64,000 nucleotides of DNA from Desulfatiglandales bacterium (GTDB taxonomy: Bacteria; Desulfobacterota; DSM-4660; Desulfatiglandales; HGW-15). The position numbers and the translations under genes were made by a program. The notes below the pieces were generated by a model, which was given only the letters and a program-made list of their open reading frames with translations, did no database searches and had not been told where the DNA came from. Shown in pieces: positions 18,124-27,439 of the stretch. The stretch lies in the NCBI GenBank assembly GCA_963667015.2, contig CAXXJJ010000004.1, positions 2,368,001 to 2,432,000 on the forward strand, given 5' to 3'. Each line of letters opens with the position of its first letter. Within the stretch, counting starts at the first letter, position 1.

Positions 18124-20574
18124 TCAGGGTGTAATCGTATTGATTGCCATTGGAGGAGCAAGCAACCTGCTTACCTCTTTTACAATAATATCTTCACTCA
18201 AAATGAATACAGCGGACTGTCTGATGTCCTTTGAGGAAGCACCTATCTGAACCTTATATTCGCCTTTATCAGCAAACCATGAAGAAGAGCCTGTATCAAA
18301 ACTTGCAAGGCTGCGCCGGTTAAGGGTGAATGTCAGTGTTTCGGACTCGCCTGTTTTAAGGAGTTTTGTTTTTCCAAAGGCCTTGAGTTCCTTTACCGGT
18401 TTGTTAATCTTTACTGCCGGGGCTGAGATATAAACCTGGACAACCTCACGACCAGGGATATCACCAGTATTTTTTATGTCCAATGATACAGTTAATGTTT
18501 CATTAAATTCCTTTTCACTGATTTTTATGTTGCTGTATTCAAATCCGGTATAGGACAGGCCATAACCAAACTCATAGGCAACAGGAACATTAAAGGAATC
18601 ATAATACCTGTAGCCTACATATATGTCATCTTCATATACCACCCTTGCAGGTACCTTTCTCATAAAGGGGGACAGTTTTTCATTTTCAGCCTTTTGTTCT
18701 TCACTCAAAGGCAATTCAACACCGGGAAAGTTGTTTGCAGAAGGCACATCGTCATATGAAACCGGAAACGAGGACGTAAGTTTTCCTGAAGGATTTACCC
18801 TTCCGCTTATTACATCGACAATGGAATTGCCTGTTTCCTGACCCGGCTGCCATGCAAGAAGAATCGCATCAGGAAAATCTCTCCAGCTCGCTGTTTCAAT
18901 GACCCCGCCTATATTAAGGATGACAACGGTTTCTTTATTCCTTTTCCTGAATTCAGTGCTGACATTTTTAATTAGGTCCAGTTCATTTTCAGTAAGATAA
19001 AAATCACCCGGTTCGGGTTTTCTGTCACCGCCCTCTCCGGAGTTTCGGCCTATTGTAACCAGGGCCGCATCCAATGTATCTGCAAACTTCATTATAGAGG
19101 CCTTTTCCATCCGCATTTCAGGTATCGGTTCCGCCCCGAAAAATGCCATGGCAGGTTTTTCCTGTTTTTCTTCGGCCTCTTTCATATAGGACTGATACAC
19201 CTCCATGATTGATTCATCAATTGAATATCCGGCGTTATTCAGGCCATCGATGAGCGACACACTGTATCCCTCGTTTACATCGCCGCTGCCAGTCCCGCCA
19301 GTAATAATTTTATATGATGTCTTACCGAATACAGCCACCTTTTTTATATTTTGAGCAAGAGGAAGTGCCCCGCTATTATTCTTGAGCAGTACAATACCGT
19401 CAGCTGCCGCTTTTCTTGCTACCGCTGCATTTGCCTTTAGGGAGGGTTTGTCTGAATATTTATAACCATTAAACCTGGGGGTTTTCAGGATGATGTTCAG
19501 GATTCTTTCAACGTTTTTATCAAGTATCTTTTCGTCAAGCCGGCCCTCTTTTACTGCCGCTGCAATCTCCTTTGACTGGTTTCTGTTTCCGGGCATAATA
19601 AGGTCATTACCGGCCTTCATCTGTGCTACAACGTCAATTCCCCCGCCCCAGTCGGTCATCACATAACCCTTAAAACCCCAGTCATCCCTGAGGACATTTG
19701 TTAAAAGATCGTGACTCTCAGAGGTGTATGTTCCGTTTAATCTGTTATATGAAGACATTACAGTCCAGGGCTGGGCCTCTTCAACTGCTATCCTGAATCC
19801 CTCAAGGTAGAGTTCCCTTAAGGCCCTTTCACTGACGATTGTATCAACCGAATTCCGGTTTGTTTCCTGGTTATTTGCTGCATAATGCTTTATTGAGGTG
19901 CCGACGCCATTTGACTGTATTCCCTTTACCATGGCTGCGGCCATTTTTCCCGTTACATAAGGGTCTTCCGAATAATACTCAAAATTTCTCCCGCACAGGG
20001 GATTTCTGTGCAGATTCATGCCGGGGGCAAGTATTGTATCAGCCCCATATTCCAGTACTTCATTACCCATTGCACTCCCCACACTCTTTACCAGCTCAGT
20101 ATCCCAGGTTGATGCCAGAAGAGTGGCAATGGGAAAGGCCGTACAATAATATGTATCAGTACTCCCTTCCCTTTCGGGATCAATTCTCAGGCCCGCAGGA
20201 CCGTCTGCCACAACCATTGAGGGAATTCCCAGCCTCGGTATTTCGGCTGTTCTTCCCGCTGATCCGGGAGTATATTTTTTTATTCTTTCGACCATGGCGT
20301 CATATTCCGGATCCGGTTCTTCTGTTTCTCCTGTGAGTGCTCCAAATGGATTGTCTCCTTCTGGCAGGTTTTCCAGCATGGATGCAGGAATATCCATACC
20401 CGTACCGCAAACAAGCATGGCCTTTTCATCGAGGGTCATTGAGGCAACTATCTCGGGAATACCTGCCTCCCCCAGTTTTGGTGTGTCAGCCGGTTTTTGC
20501 TTACAGGCGACCGTTATAAGGCAAAGACTAAATAATATAGACAAAGCAGGTATCCTCCAGATATTTATGTCCAT
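18124..20574 (-). CDS. GH3 beta-glucosidase (BglX-like) lipoprotein with C-terminal Fn3-like domain
   Basis: Lipobox TVAC; DGPAG, GRNFEYYSEDP, KHYAANNQE, nucleophile motif VMTDW, SGEGGDR, YVGYRYYD. Confidence 0.93.
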   Translation of the reverse strand: MDINIWRIPALSILFSLCLITVACKQKPADTPKLGEAGIPEIVASMTLDEKAMLVCGTGMDIPASMLENLPEGDNPFGALTGETEEPDPEYDAMVERIKKYTPGSAGRTAEIPRLGIPSMVVADGPAGLRIDPEREGSTDTYYCTAFPIATLLASTWDTELVKSVGSAMGNEVLEYGADTILAPGMNLHRNPLCGRNFEYYSEDPYVTGKMAAAMVKGIQSNGVGTSIKHYAANNQETNRNSVDTIVSERALRELYLEGFRIAVEEAQPWTVMSSYNRLNGTYTSESHDLLTNVLRDDWGFKGYVMTDWGGGIDVVAQMKAGNDLIMPGNRNQSKEIAAAVKEGRLDEKILDKNVERILNIILKTPRFNGYKYSDKPSLKANAAVARKAAADGIVLLKNNSGALPLAQNIKKVAVFGKTSYKIITGGTGSGDVNEGYSVSLIDGLNNAGYSIDESIMEVYQSYMKEAEEKQEKPAMAFFGAEPIPEMRMEKASIMKFADTLDAALVTIGRNSGEGGDRKPEPGDFYLTENELDLIKNVSTEFRKRNKETVVILNIGGVIETASWRDFPDAILLAWQPGQETGNSIVDVISGRVNPSGKLTSSFPVSYDDVPSANNFPGVELPLSEEQKAENEKLSPFMRKVPARVVYEDDIYVGYRYYDSFNVPVAYEFGYGLSYTGFEYSNIKISEKEFNETLTVSLDIKNTGDIPGREVVQVYISAPAVKINKPVKELKAFGKTKLLKTGESETLTFTLNRRSLASFDTGSSSWFADKGEYKVQIGASSKDIRQSAVFILSEDIIVKEVSRLLAPPMAINTITP

Positions 20575-20752
20575 CGTTCTCCCCCATTTTTTAAATAAAT
20601 TCCTGAATAAATTGATTAGGATACAAATCTGCTTAATGCCCTGGGTTCTCTAGTATTCATAGTTGAAATGTCACATATGCAGCGGTGAAATACCCATTAT
20701 ACTTGCTGGTTCCCGGCCACTACACTGAATCTATTTCTCCTTACGAAGGGTT

Positions 20753-20795
20753 GATAGTGTCCAACAAAAAACATCGTTTTTTATCGGACACTATC
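20753..20795. terminator. Long hairpin directly after the 20803 gene
   Basis: GATAGTGTCC...GGACACTATC perfect 10-bp inverted repeat, extended inward by A/T runs. Confidence 0.55.
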
Positions 20796-20802
20796 CGGTA
20801 GT

Positions 20803-22698
20803 TTATTCCCAACCTGTTGTAAGTCCGGTTCCAGGATAGAAATATCCTATTGCCTCAATTTCATATATCTTGCCATTGCGGATTTTAAATATATGGGCAG
20901 CAGGCAGTTCAAACGGCCCCCACTCGTTGGCAAATTCGGTAATTCCGGGTACACCGGTAATCTTCATCACCTTGGGCTCGCCATTGTGACGGAAAATGGA
21001 AAAGACGAATACCAGACCTTTTTCCTCATCAACGGCAAAAACCCGCCGGTCCGAGATATCGGTAATATAACTAAGCCGTCCGGTATCGAGCTGGTCAGAG
21101 CATTTATATGTACTGAATATATCCACTCCCTCGTTTCCTGTCCGGTCATTTGCAGCAATACTTCCATTCTCCCTGCGCTCACATTCATCAGCAAAAGGTG
21201 CAACCTTGCCATTGTTCTGCAATATGGCTTCGTAGTATGAGTCGGCAATCTCAATCATCTTCTCACGGGCAATGCGCTCCATCTTGGGCTGGCGCTCAAG
21301 CAGTGCCGGACGCACCTTTGCCATATTGGGGTTCAGAGGCTCTCCATTTTCATTATGAACAACAAGATGATCTATTTTTGTAATCTGGTGATTTTCAATT
21401 TTGAGACGTATTGCTGCAATAGTAGGCTTATTATTCTCTTCGATTACTCCCATAAAGGCGACCTCATCAGCAGCCTCGTCAGCAACGATGATCTTGAAAT
21501 CAGTAGGCCCGGCACTTGCAGTCTTCCAGAGACCCTCTCCTATCGGAATCTTTTTGTTGTTTTCCACAAGAACCGCGTCCTCTGTCAGAGGAATAACTGA
21601 AGGATCATTCTCTCCCAGGGCATCAAGATACTGAGACATTATATCTGCAAGGCATTTTCTGTTGCAGCTCCAGCCGTCACCTGCCTGATATGGGGCGTCA
21701 AGTATTGCCATTGCCTCTATCTCGTATATCTTTCCATTCCTGATCTTGTAGATATGTGCGGCCGGGACAGTAAACTGTCCCCATTCATTTTTACGCTCAG
21801 TCAGTTCAGGAATATTTTTAACAGGCATGGGATCTGGCTCACCGTCATGATTAAACACAGAATAAACCATGACAAGTCCCATCTCTTCATCTATTGCAAC
21901 CGGGCGAAGCTGATTGATATCAGTTATATACCGCCACATACCGGTATCCATCTGCTGGGCACATGTCATCTTCATGAAGGTAAGCATTCCTCCGGCAGAT
22001 GTCATAGCCCCGTCACCCATCTGTGGAGCCTGGTTGTTGGCCGTGGTCATACCATTTTCATTTCTCTGGCATTCATCCGCATAGGGCGCAATTGAACCGT
22101 CATTCAGCTCAAGGGAAGGATAATATGCAAGGGCGGCCTTCAGCATCTCCTCCCTGGGAGTTTTATCTGTCTCGGGCAATTTTTCAACAAGTGCATGCCT
22201 GGGGGCCTTAAGGCCTTCGGGTATGGTATTGCCGGCCATTTCAGATGCAGCAGGAGATACCATGTGATCGATCTCGGTTATTTTTCCGTTCTCCAGCTTC
22301 AGACGGGCGCCCAGTATAACAGGTTTTCCATCGCTTTCCATAACTCCCATAAAACCGATACGTTCGCCTGCCGGATCAGCAATATAGATTTTAAAATCTG
22401 CGGGAAGTTTGGAGGCTGTTTTCCACAGTCCCTCCCCTATGGGTGTAGGCTTGGTATTTTGTACCAGCTTCACCTTATCAGAAAGAGGGATTCCTGAAGG
22501 ATCATGATTAACAAGGGCTGAAAGATACTGATCCATCAGATTTATAAGATCTTCCCTGGTGTACTGGTTTGAAGATTCCGGTGAAACAGGTGCTGCATCC
22601 TCAGTGGAAGTTGGAGTCTCATCTGATGGCGAAGAACACGCAGAAACAAATAAGCAAAAGACAAATAAAAAACTAAAAAGCAGTAGTAATTTTTTCAT
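20803..22698 (-). CDS. Lipoprotein of unknown function with two tandem ~290-aa repeats
   Basis: Lipobox VSAC. Repeated QYLxAL..DPS.IPL...IGEGLWKT, APxADECxRxENG and PAAHIxKIRNGKIYEIEA. Confidence 0.85.
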   Translation of the reverse strand: MKKLLLLFSFLFVFCLFVSACSSPSDETPTSTEDAAPVSPESSNQYTREDLINLMDQYLSALVNHDPSGIPLSDKVKLVQNTKPTPIGEGLWKTASKLPADFKIYIADPAGERIGFMGVMESDGKPVILGARLKLENGKITEIDHMVSPAASEMAGNTIPEGLKAPRHALVEKLPETDKTPREEMLKAALAYYPSLELNDGSIAPYADECQRNENGMTTANNQAPQMGDGAMTSAGGMLTFMKMTCAQQMDTGMWRYITDINQLRPVAIDEEMGLVMVYSVFNHDGEPDPMPVKNIPELTERKNEWGQFTVPAAHIYKIRNGKIYEIEAMAILDAPYQAGDGWSCNRKCLADIMSQYLDALGENDPSVIPLTEDAVLVENNKKIPIGEGLWKTASAGPTDFKIIVADEAADEVAFMGVIEENNKPTIAAIRLKIENHQITKIDHLVVHNENGEPLNPNMAKVRPALLERQPKMERIAREKMIEIADSYYEAILQNNGKVAPFADECERRENGSIAANDRTGNEGVDIFSTYKCSDQLDTGRLSYITDISDRRVFAVDEEKGLVFVFSIFRHNGEPKVMKITGVPGITEFANEWGPFELPAAHIFKIRNGKIYEIEAIGYFYPGTGLTTGWE

Positions 22699-22838
22699 GG
22701 AGCCCCCTTTTGGTTGTGCCCTGAACAAACCAGAGTAATCATAAAGATAATCTAGCGAGATATATTATGACACCCTGCATTTAAAAGGCTGAATAAGTTG
22801 TACCTGTTTGAAATAAAAAGATATTTCTTTTTAAACGG

Positions 22839-22867
22839 ACTATAGGAATATACACATTGTGTGTCAA
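22839..22867 (-). promoter_or_regulatory. sigma70 promoter with overlapping palindrome
   Basis: Minus strand TTGACA-17 bp-TATAGT; ACACA-N3-TGTGT dyad overlaps the -35/spacer. Confidence 0.7.
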
Positions 22868-22966
22868 GAGATTTAGGAAGAGAGATAAAACCCGTTACCG
22901 CTTTCATGTATAAGCCACTGGATATTTATCACAGGCTGCCGGACCAATGCATAAACTGTATTGTAC

Positions 22967-25378
22967 CTATAGTGGCTTTTGTTTTTTTGCATGCCTTGTC
23001 AGAACCGATTTGATATAAACAGCTAATGCCCTTACCGCACTGTCTGCGGACCGGAATATCACCATACCTTTTTTTGCCAGCTCCCTGGCCATTGGATCAT
23101 AAAGGCTTCCTGCATCAACCACGCCTATGACCGGCTTTTCAAGTGACTCAACAAGCCCCGGAAGCTCCATAACTATGCTTCCCGGTTTTTTATAATCATA
23201 TTTTCCATCCTTTGATTCCGGGAGTGTCCTGGTTGAAGGCGATAAAGGATCAAGGCCCACAACAACAGCATCCACATTATCATCTTCTGCAAGATATTTA
23301 ACCGCAAGGATATGGGCTTCATCATCAGATCCGGGATTCAGATCCAGAGGATTTTTCACCTCTGTAAGATGAGTAAGACCCTTTTGACTGAGCAGGGTTT
23401 CAAGGCGTTTTACTGTTTTATTTTTAAGTGCAGCCAGTTCCACATGACAGCCGTCTGCACTTATGCTGTCGGCCATGCCTACTGCCTCAAAACCGGCCCC
23501 GCTTAATGCCGCTACCCTGTTGCCCCTGATATTTTTTTTATTCAGCACTTTTGCTATCATCAACAGATCTGTAAATTGTGTAAAGCTCGATGCCACAATT
23601 CCTCCCGCCTGTCTGACGCATGATTCAAAAATCATGTAATCACCGGCTATAGAAGCTGTGTGACTACCTGTTGCGCTTCTTCCTTCAGGGGTTCTGCCTG
23701 CCTTATAGACTATTACGTCCTTGCCATTACCTGCTGCCTCTTCCAGTGCCATTATAAAAGTCAGCCCGTCAAAATCCTTAAAACCCTCTGCATACACGGC
23801 AATCACATCAATATCTTCCCTGTCCTTCAGGTAATGCATCATGTCACCCAATGTAAGGTCATTCTGATTACCTATGGATATCATATAGGCAGGATCAAGT
23901 TCAGGCACCCTGCTTGCCCTCGTTATCATGAATGCCCCGCTCTGGCCAACAAATGCAACATTTCTTCTATGTGCACCTCTCTGCTTGGGGAGCTTTTCTT
24001 CAGGGATGAAAAGCGTGTCATATTTTCCAGGATGAGATACTATTCCGAGAGAGTTAGCACCAAGAAAGACAGGGCCTCCGTCTTCACGCAAATGACTTCG
24101 TCTGATCCTCTTATTGATCAGCACTGCGGCATCTATGCTTTCTCCTGTTTCTCCGATTCCTCCGGGGATGAGCAGTACCGATTCACATATCTGTTTTTCC
24201 GTTACCTTTTCAACAATATCCGGAACCTGATCTGCCCTGACTGCCACCACAAGGAGATCAATCTTTTGATCAAGACTGTCGAGATCCGGAACACAGCGAA
24301 CACCCTTAAAGTTATCTTCACCCGGACGAATGATGCGCATATTTTTCTTCTCAAATCCGTTGGCGATTATATTATTTAAAATAATCTGTCCGAAATTAAC
24401 CCTTGTTGTTGAAACACCTATTATTGCTATTGATTCAGGATGGAGAAGGTTATCTATCTTGCGCCATGGTCTTTTAGCGGGAACAGGCTTGGGAGCCCTG
24501 AACCTGCATAACCCATCCAGTGGTACCAGGTTGGGTCCGGAAAACACAAACGGATTAATTTCAAGTTCTTCAATAAGGAACGGTGCATCGGGGTTTGAGG
24601 GTGAGTAATAATTGGCAAGTGATATAAATGCTGAAAAACATTTTATAAGCTGAGTGTCAACTGGAACGGCCTTCTGCCCCCTGGTAAGTCCTGAGAGTTT
24701 TTTATAGCTGACAGTATTTTTAAATATTTCCAGAAATTTCTCACCGGTAATCATCGCAGTGGCAGCCGTTACAAAACCCATTCCTTTGCGAAACGTATCT
24801 GCAAAAAGCTCTGTATCTGTACCGCCTATACCTGCGGTAATGATCATGCCAAATTCGCGAGTGTTTTTTATACCGACAATCAGTTCACTGCCAAAGGCAT
24901 TCAGATCCGATGGAACATACTGAACCAGCAGAACACCTTTAATATCTTTTTCAATGGCTGATCTTAATTCCTTGCCTGAAAGCCCGCTATATCTTTTAAC
25001 TTCGGGCAGTGTTCCCTGTTCGAGCATCCGGGCATAATTATCCGGGACATCGGTCAGCATCAGTTGAACCGCTCGTCTGATATTCTCAGGCGTTTTTTCG
25101 ACGATTTTTACACCGCCGGCATCCGTCTTATGAGTTATTTGGGGCGAGACAATCTTAAGAACTATCCTGTCACCGGGAATGGACATCAGTTCTTCTCCAG
25201 GACATTCAATATTTCTCCTTAAAAATATTGTTGCAGGCGGAGTAATACCTCCCAGACATTTTAAAAGTTCATAGGTCTCGTGTTCAAAGAGCTGATGTCT
25301 TTCTTCATTTTCGGCTGTTTTAAAAAGATTTGAAATCAGATCGTAATTCATATCTTGATTTACCTCTGAGATTATCAT
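22967..25378 (-). CDS. ADP-forming acetate/acyl-CoA ligase, fused beta(ATP-grasp)-alpha order
   Basis: LKIVSPQITHKTDAGGV, ELEINP; CoA-binding SIAIIGVS, GANSLG, QSGA, SIGNQ; phospho-His motif GSHTASIAG; KNPLDL. Confidence 0.9.
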   Translation of the reverse strand: MIISEVNQDMNYDLISNLFKTAENEERHQLFEHETYELLKCLGGITPPATIFLRRNIECPGEELMSIPGDRIVLKIVSPQITHKTDAGGVKIVEKTPENIRRAVQLMLTDVPDNYARMLEQGTLPEVKRYSGLSGKELRSAIEKDIKGVLLVQYVPSDLNAFGSELIVGIKNTREFGMIITAGIGGTDTELFADTFRKGMGFVTAATAMITGEKFLEIFKNTVSYKKLSGLTRGQKAVPVDTQLIKCFSAFISLANYYSPSNPDAPFLIEELEINPFVFSGPNLVPLDGLCRFRAPKPVPAKRPWRKIDNLLHPESIAIIGVSTTRVNFGQIILNNIIANGFEKKNMRIIRPGEDNFKGVRCVPDLDSLDQKIDLLVVAVRADQVPDIVEKVTEKQICESVLLIPGGIGETGESIDAAVLINKRIRRSHLREDGGPVFLGANSLGIVSHPGKYDTLFIPEEKLPKQRGAHRRNVAFVGQSGAFMITRASRVPELDPAYMISIGNQNDLTLGDMMHYLKDREDIDVIAVYAEGFKDFDGLTFIMALEEAAGNGKDVIVYKAGRTPEGRSATGSHTASIAGDYMIFESCVRQAGGIVASSFTQFTDLLMIAKVLNKKNIRGNRVAALSGAGFEAVGMADSISADGCHVELAALKNKTVKRLETLLSQKGLTHLTEVKNPLDLNPGSDDEAHILAVKYLAEDDNVDAVVVGLDPLSPSTRTLPESKDGKYDYKKPGSIVMELPGLVESLEKPVIGVVDAGSLYDPMARELAKKGMVIFRSADSAVRALAVYIKSVLTRHAKKQKPL

Positions 25379-25492
25379 TTACAGGGCTACGACTACATTT
25401 TTCAAGATATTAGCCAAAGATCAGGTTGAACACAAGACAGAAAAACCATTTAAACACATATCATGCTTAAATTGTATTCCAGATTAATTAAA

Positions 25493-26728
25493 TCAGGCAA
25501 ATCTCAGTTCCGCACTTGTACCCTTTCCCTGTTGACTGACAATATTGAAGTTCCAGTTCAGGCGTTCACATAACCTTTTCACAATTGTCAAACCAAGCCC
25601 CTTTCCCTGCTGAGCCGGATCAATCCCAGGTCCGCTGTCACGAACGAATATTCTGTCTTTAGCAATCGAGATATCTACATTACCTTCCTGTGTATACATG
25701 AAGGAATTCCTGATAAGGTTGCTGACTGCTATTGATGTAAGGGATTCCGGAGCCTGAACAGTTAAAGAGCCTGGTATGTTTAGAGTAACCTCAACCGGTT
25801 TACCTTCAAGTATATGCCGACATGATTCAACCACACCTGTTATTACTGCTGATAAATCACACCACTCATCCTCGTCCGGTTTCTCTCCCTGACGGGCAAG
25901 CAGCAGAAAAGTTTCAATCAGTTTTTCCATTTCGGATACTGCGCGTCCAATACGTGATAAAGGCTGCTGTATAACTGTAGTTTTTTCATTGCTTCTACTC
26001 TTAATAATTTCAACAGCGCCTTTGATCACGGTAACAGGCGTTCGAAGTTCATGGCTGGCATGTGCGGTAAATTCACGTTCCCTGGTGGTAAAATCGGAAA
26101 CGCTTTCCAGAAGCCGGTTAATTGTATTTACCAACGTACCGACTTCGTCTTTGGTTGAATTGTAATGGAGTCTTGTGGTCAAGTCATCAGGGGATAATGA
26201 CTGAACCTCCTGGGCCAGCTTTACTATGGGATTGAGAATTCTTTTTGATACTGACTTTGCCAGGGACCACCCTATAGCAAGCACAATCAAACCTGCACTT
26301 GTCAAACCTAATAATATAAGCATTTCAAATCGATCGGTAGTCTCAATTGATGCTACATCATAGAAAACATACAGTATTCGGTCTCTGGTCGGAATATCTA
26401 CAATTGAGATGTGATAATCAAAACCATCACCATCAATTTCATGATATCCAGACCTGAGACCGGCAATATAACCTTTAAGTTCTGAAGGAACATTTGAAAG
26501 TCCCTCGTATGCGGTAATATATTTTGGCAGGTGATTAGGAAGTTCTCCGCTTTCTTCAAGGTTTCGCTCGACAATATTTGCAATGTCTTTAACCTGGCGT
26601 TTAAAGACCTGGTCTTCAGACATATGAAGCATACCAAACAGTGCCCCTGAATAAAGCATGAGCAGTATGGCCAGATATCCACAAAAAAAATAGACAATTC
26701 TTGTTTTTAAGGTAGCGAGTTTTTTCAT
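25493..26728 (-). CDS. ColS-like sensor histidine kinase
   Basis: Two TM helices, HAMP, HASHELRTP, NLIRNS, DSGPG, GLGL; follows a ColR-like regulator. Confidence 0.88.
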   Translation of the reverse strand: MKKLATLKTRIVYFFCGYLAILLMLYSGALFGMLHMSEDQVFKRQVKDIANIVERNLEESGELPNHLPKYITAYEGLSNVPSELKGYIAGLRSGYHEIDGDGFDYHISIVDIPTRDRILYVFYDVASIETTDRFEMLILLGLTSAGLIVLAIGWSLAKSVSKRILNPIVKLAQEVQSLSPDDLTTRLHYNSTKDEVGTLVNTINRLLESVSDFTTREREFTAHASHELRTPVTVIKGAVEIIKSRSNEKTTVIQQPLSRIGRAVSEMEKLIETFLLLARQGEKPDEDEWCDLSAVITGVVESCRHILEGKPVEVTLNIPGSLTVQAPESLTSIAVSNLIRNSFMYTQEGNVDISIAKDRIFVRDSGPGIDPAQQGKGLGLTIVKRLCERLNWNFNIVSQQGKGTSAELRFA

Positions 26729-26730
26729 TA

Positions 26731-27432
26731 TTATGCCCTCATTCTGAAACCAACACCAACAACAGTCTCAATAAGTGATTCGTTTTCCGGATGGTCCAGG
26801 GCTTTACGCAGAGCATAAACATGGCTCCTCAGAACATCACTGTCAGGTTTATAATCACTCCATAACATATGTTCCAGATCAGCACGTGAAACAACACCGG
26901 GCGCTGCTTTCATGAGTTCAACAAGAATCTGAAAACATGTCCGGTTCAATTTTACATGCGCTCCATCCCTTGTTACAAGTCTCTGGCCTAAATCAACCTT
27001 CACTTTACCGACCTCAATAATTCGCTTAGTATCCGGTTTTGCCCTTCGTGCGAGGGCAAATAATCGAGCCTCCAGTTCTTCCAGTGAAAAGGGTTTAAGC
27101 ATATAATCATCTGTGCCGGAATCAAACCCCTCCAGTTTATCTTCGAGAGTATCCTTCGCTGTAAGCATTAAAACAGGCACGGCTTTATCCGTTTCTTCAC
27201 GCAGCCTCCTGCAAATGGAAAAGCCGTCTATCCCTGGCAGCATTATATCCAGCACAATAACATCAAGAGGCAGGGTAACAGCAAGATGCAGTCCGGTTAC
27301 TCCATCCATTGCAAAGTCAACAATGTGTCCCTTATCCTCAAGGTAGTCACCGATATTACAGGCAACATCCTGATTGTCTTCGACAATAAGCACCCGGAGC
27401 GATTCATGTGGTATTTTTTTAGTATTTTTCAT
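26731..27432 (-). CDS. ColR-like OmpR-family response regulator
   Basis: DGVTGLHLA, LDIMLPGIDG, PDSDVLRSHVYALR and ETVVGVGFR closely follow the ColR pattern. Confidence 0.9.
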   Translation of the reverse strand: MKNTKKIPHESLRVLIVEDNQDVACNIGDYLEDKGHIVDFAMDGVTGLHLAVTLPLDVIVLDIMLPGIDGFSICRRLREETDKAVPVLMLTAKDTLEDKLEGFDSGTDDYMLKPFSLEELEARLFALARRAKPDTKRIIEVGKVKVDLGQRLVTRDGAHVKLNRTCFQILVELMKAAPGVVSRADLEHMLWSDYKPDSDVLRSHVYALRKALDHPENESLIETVVGVGFRMRA

Positions 27433-27439
27433 ATGGCTA

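Noticed and set aside
16480..18462. Near-identical repeat pair as a DGR template/variable region
   Set aside because: Mismatches are not adenine-specific and there is no reverse transcriptase in the window. A duplicated gene fragment explains it.
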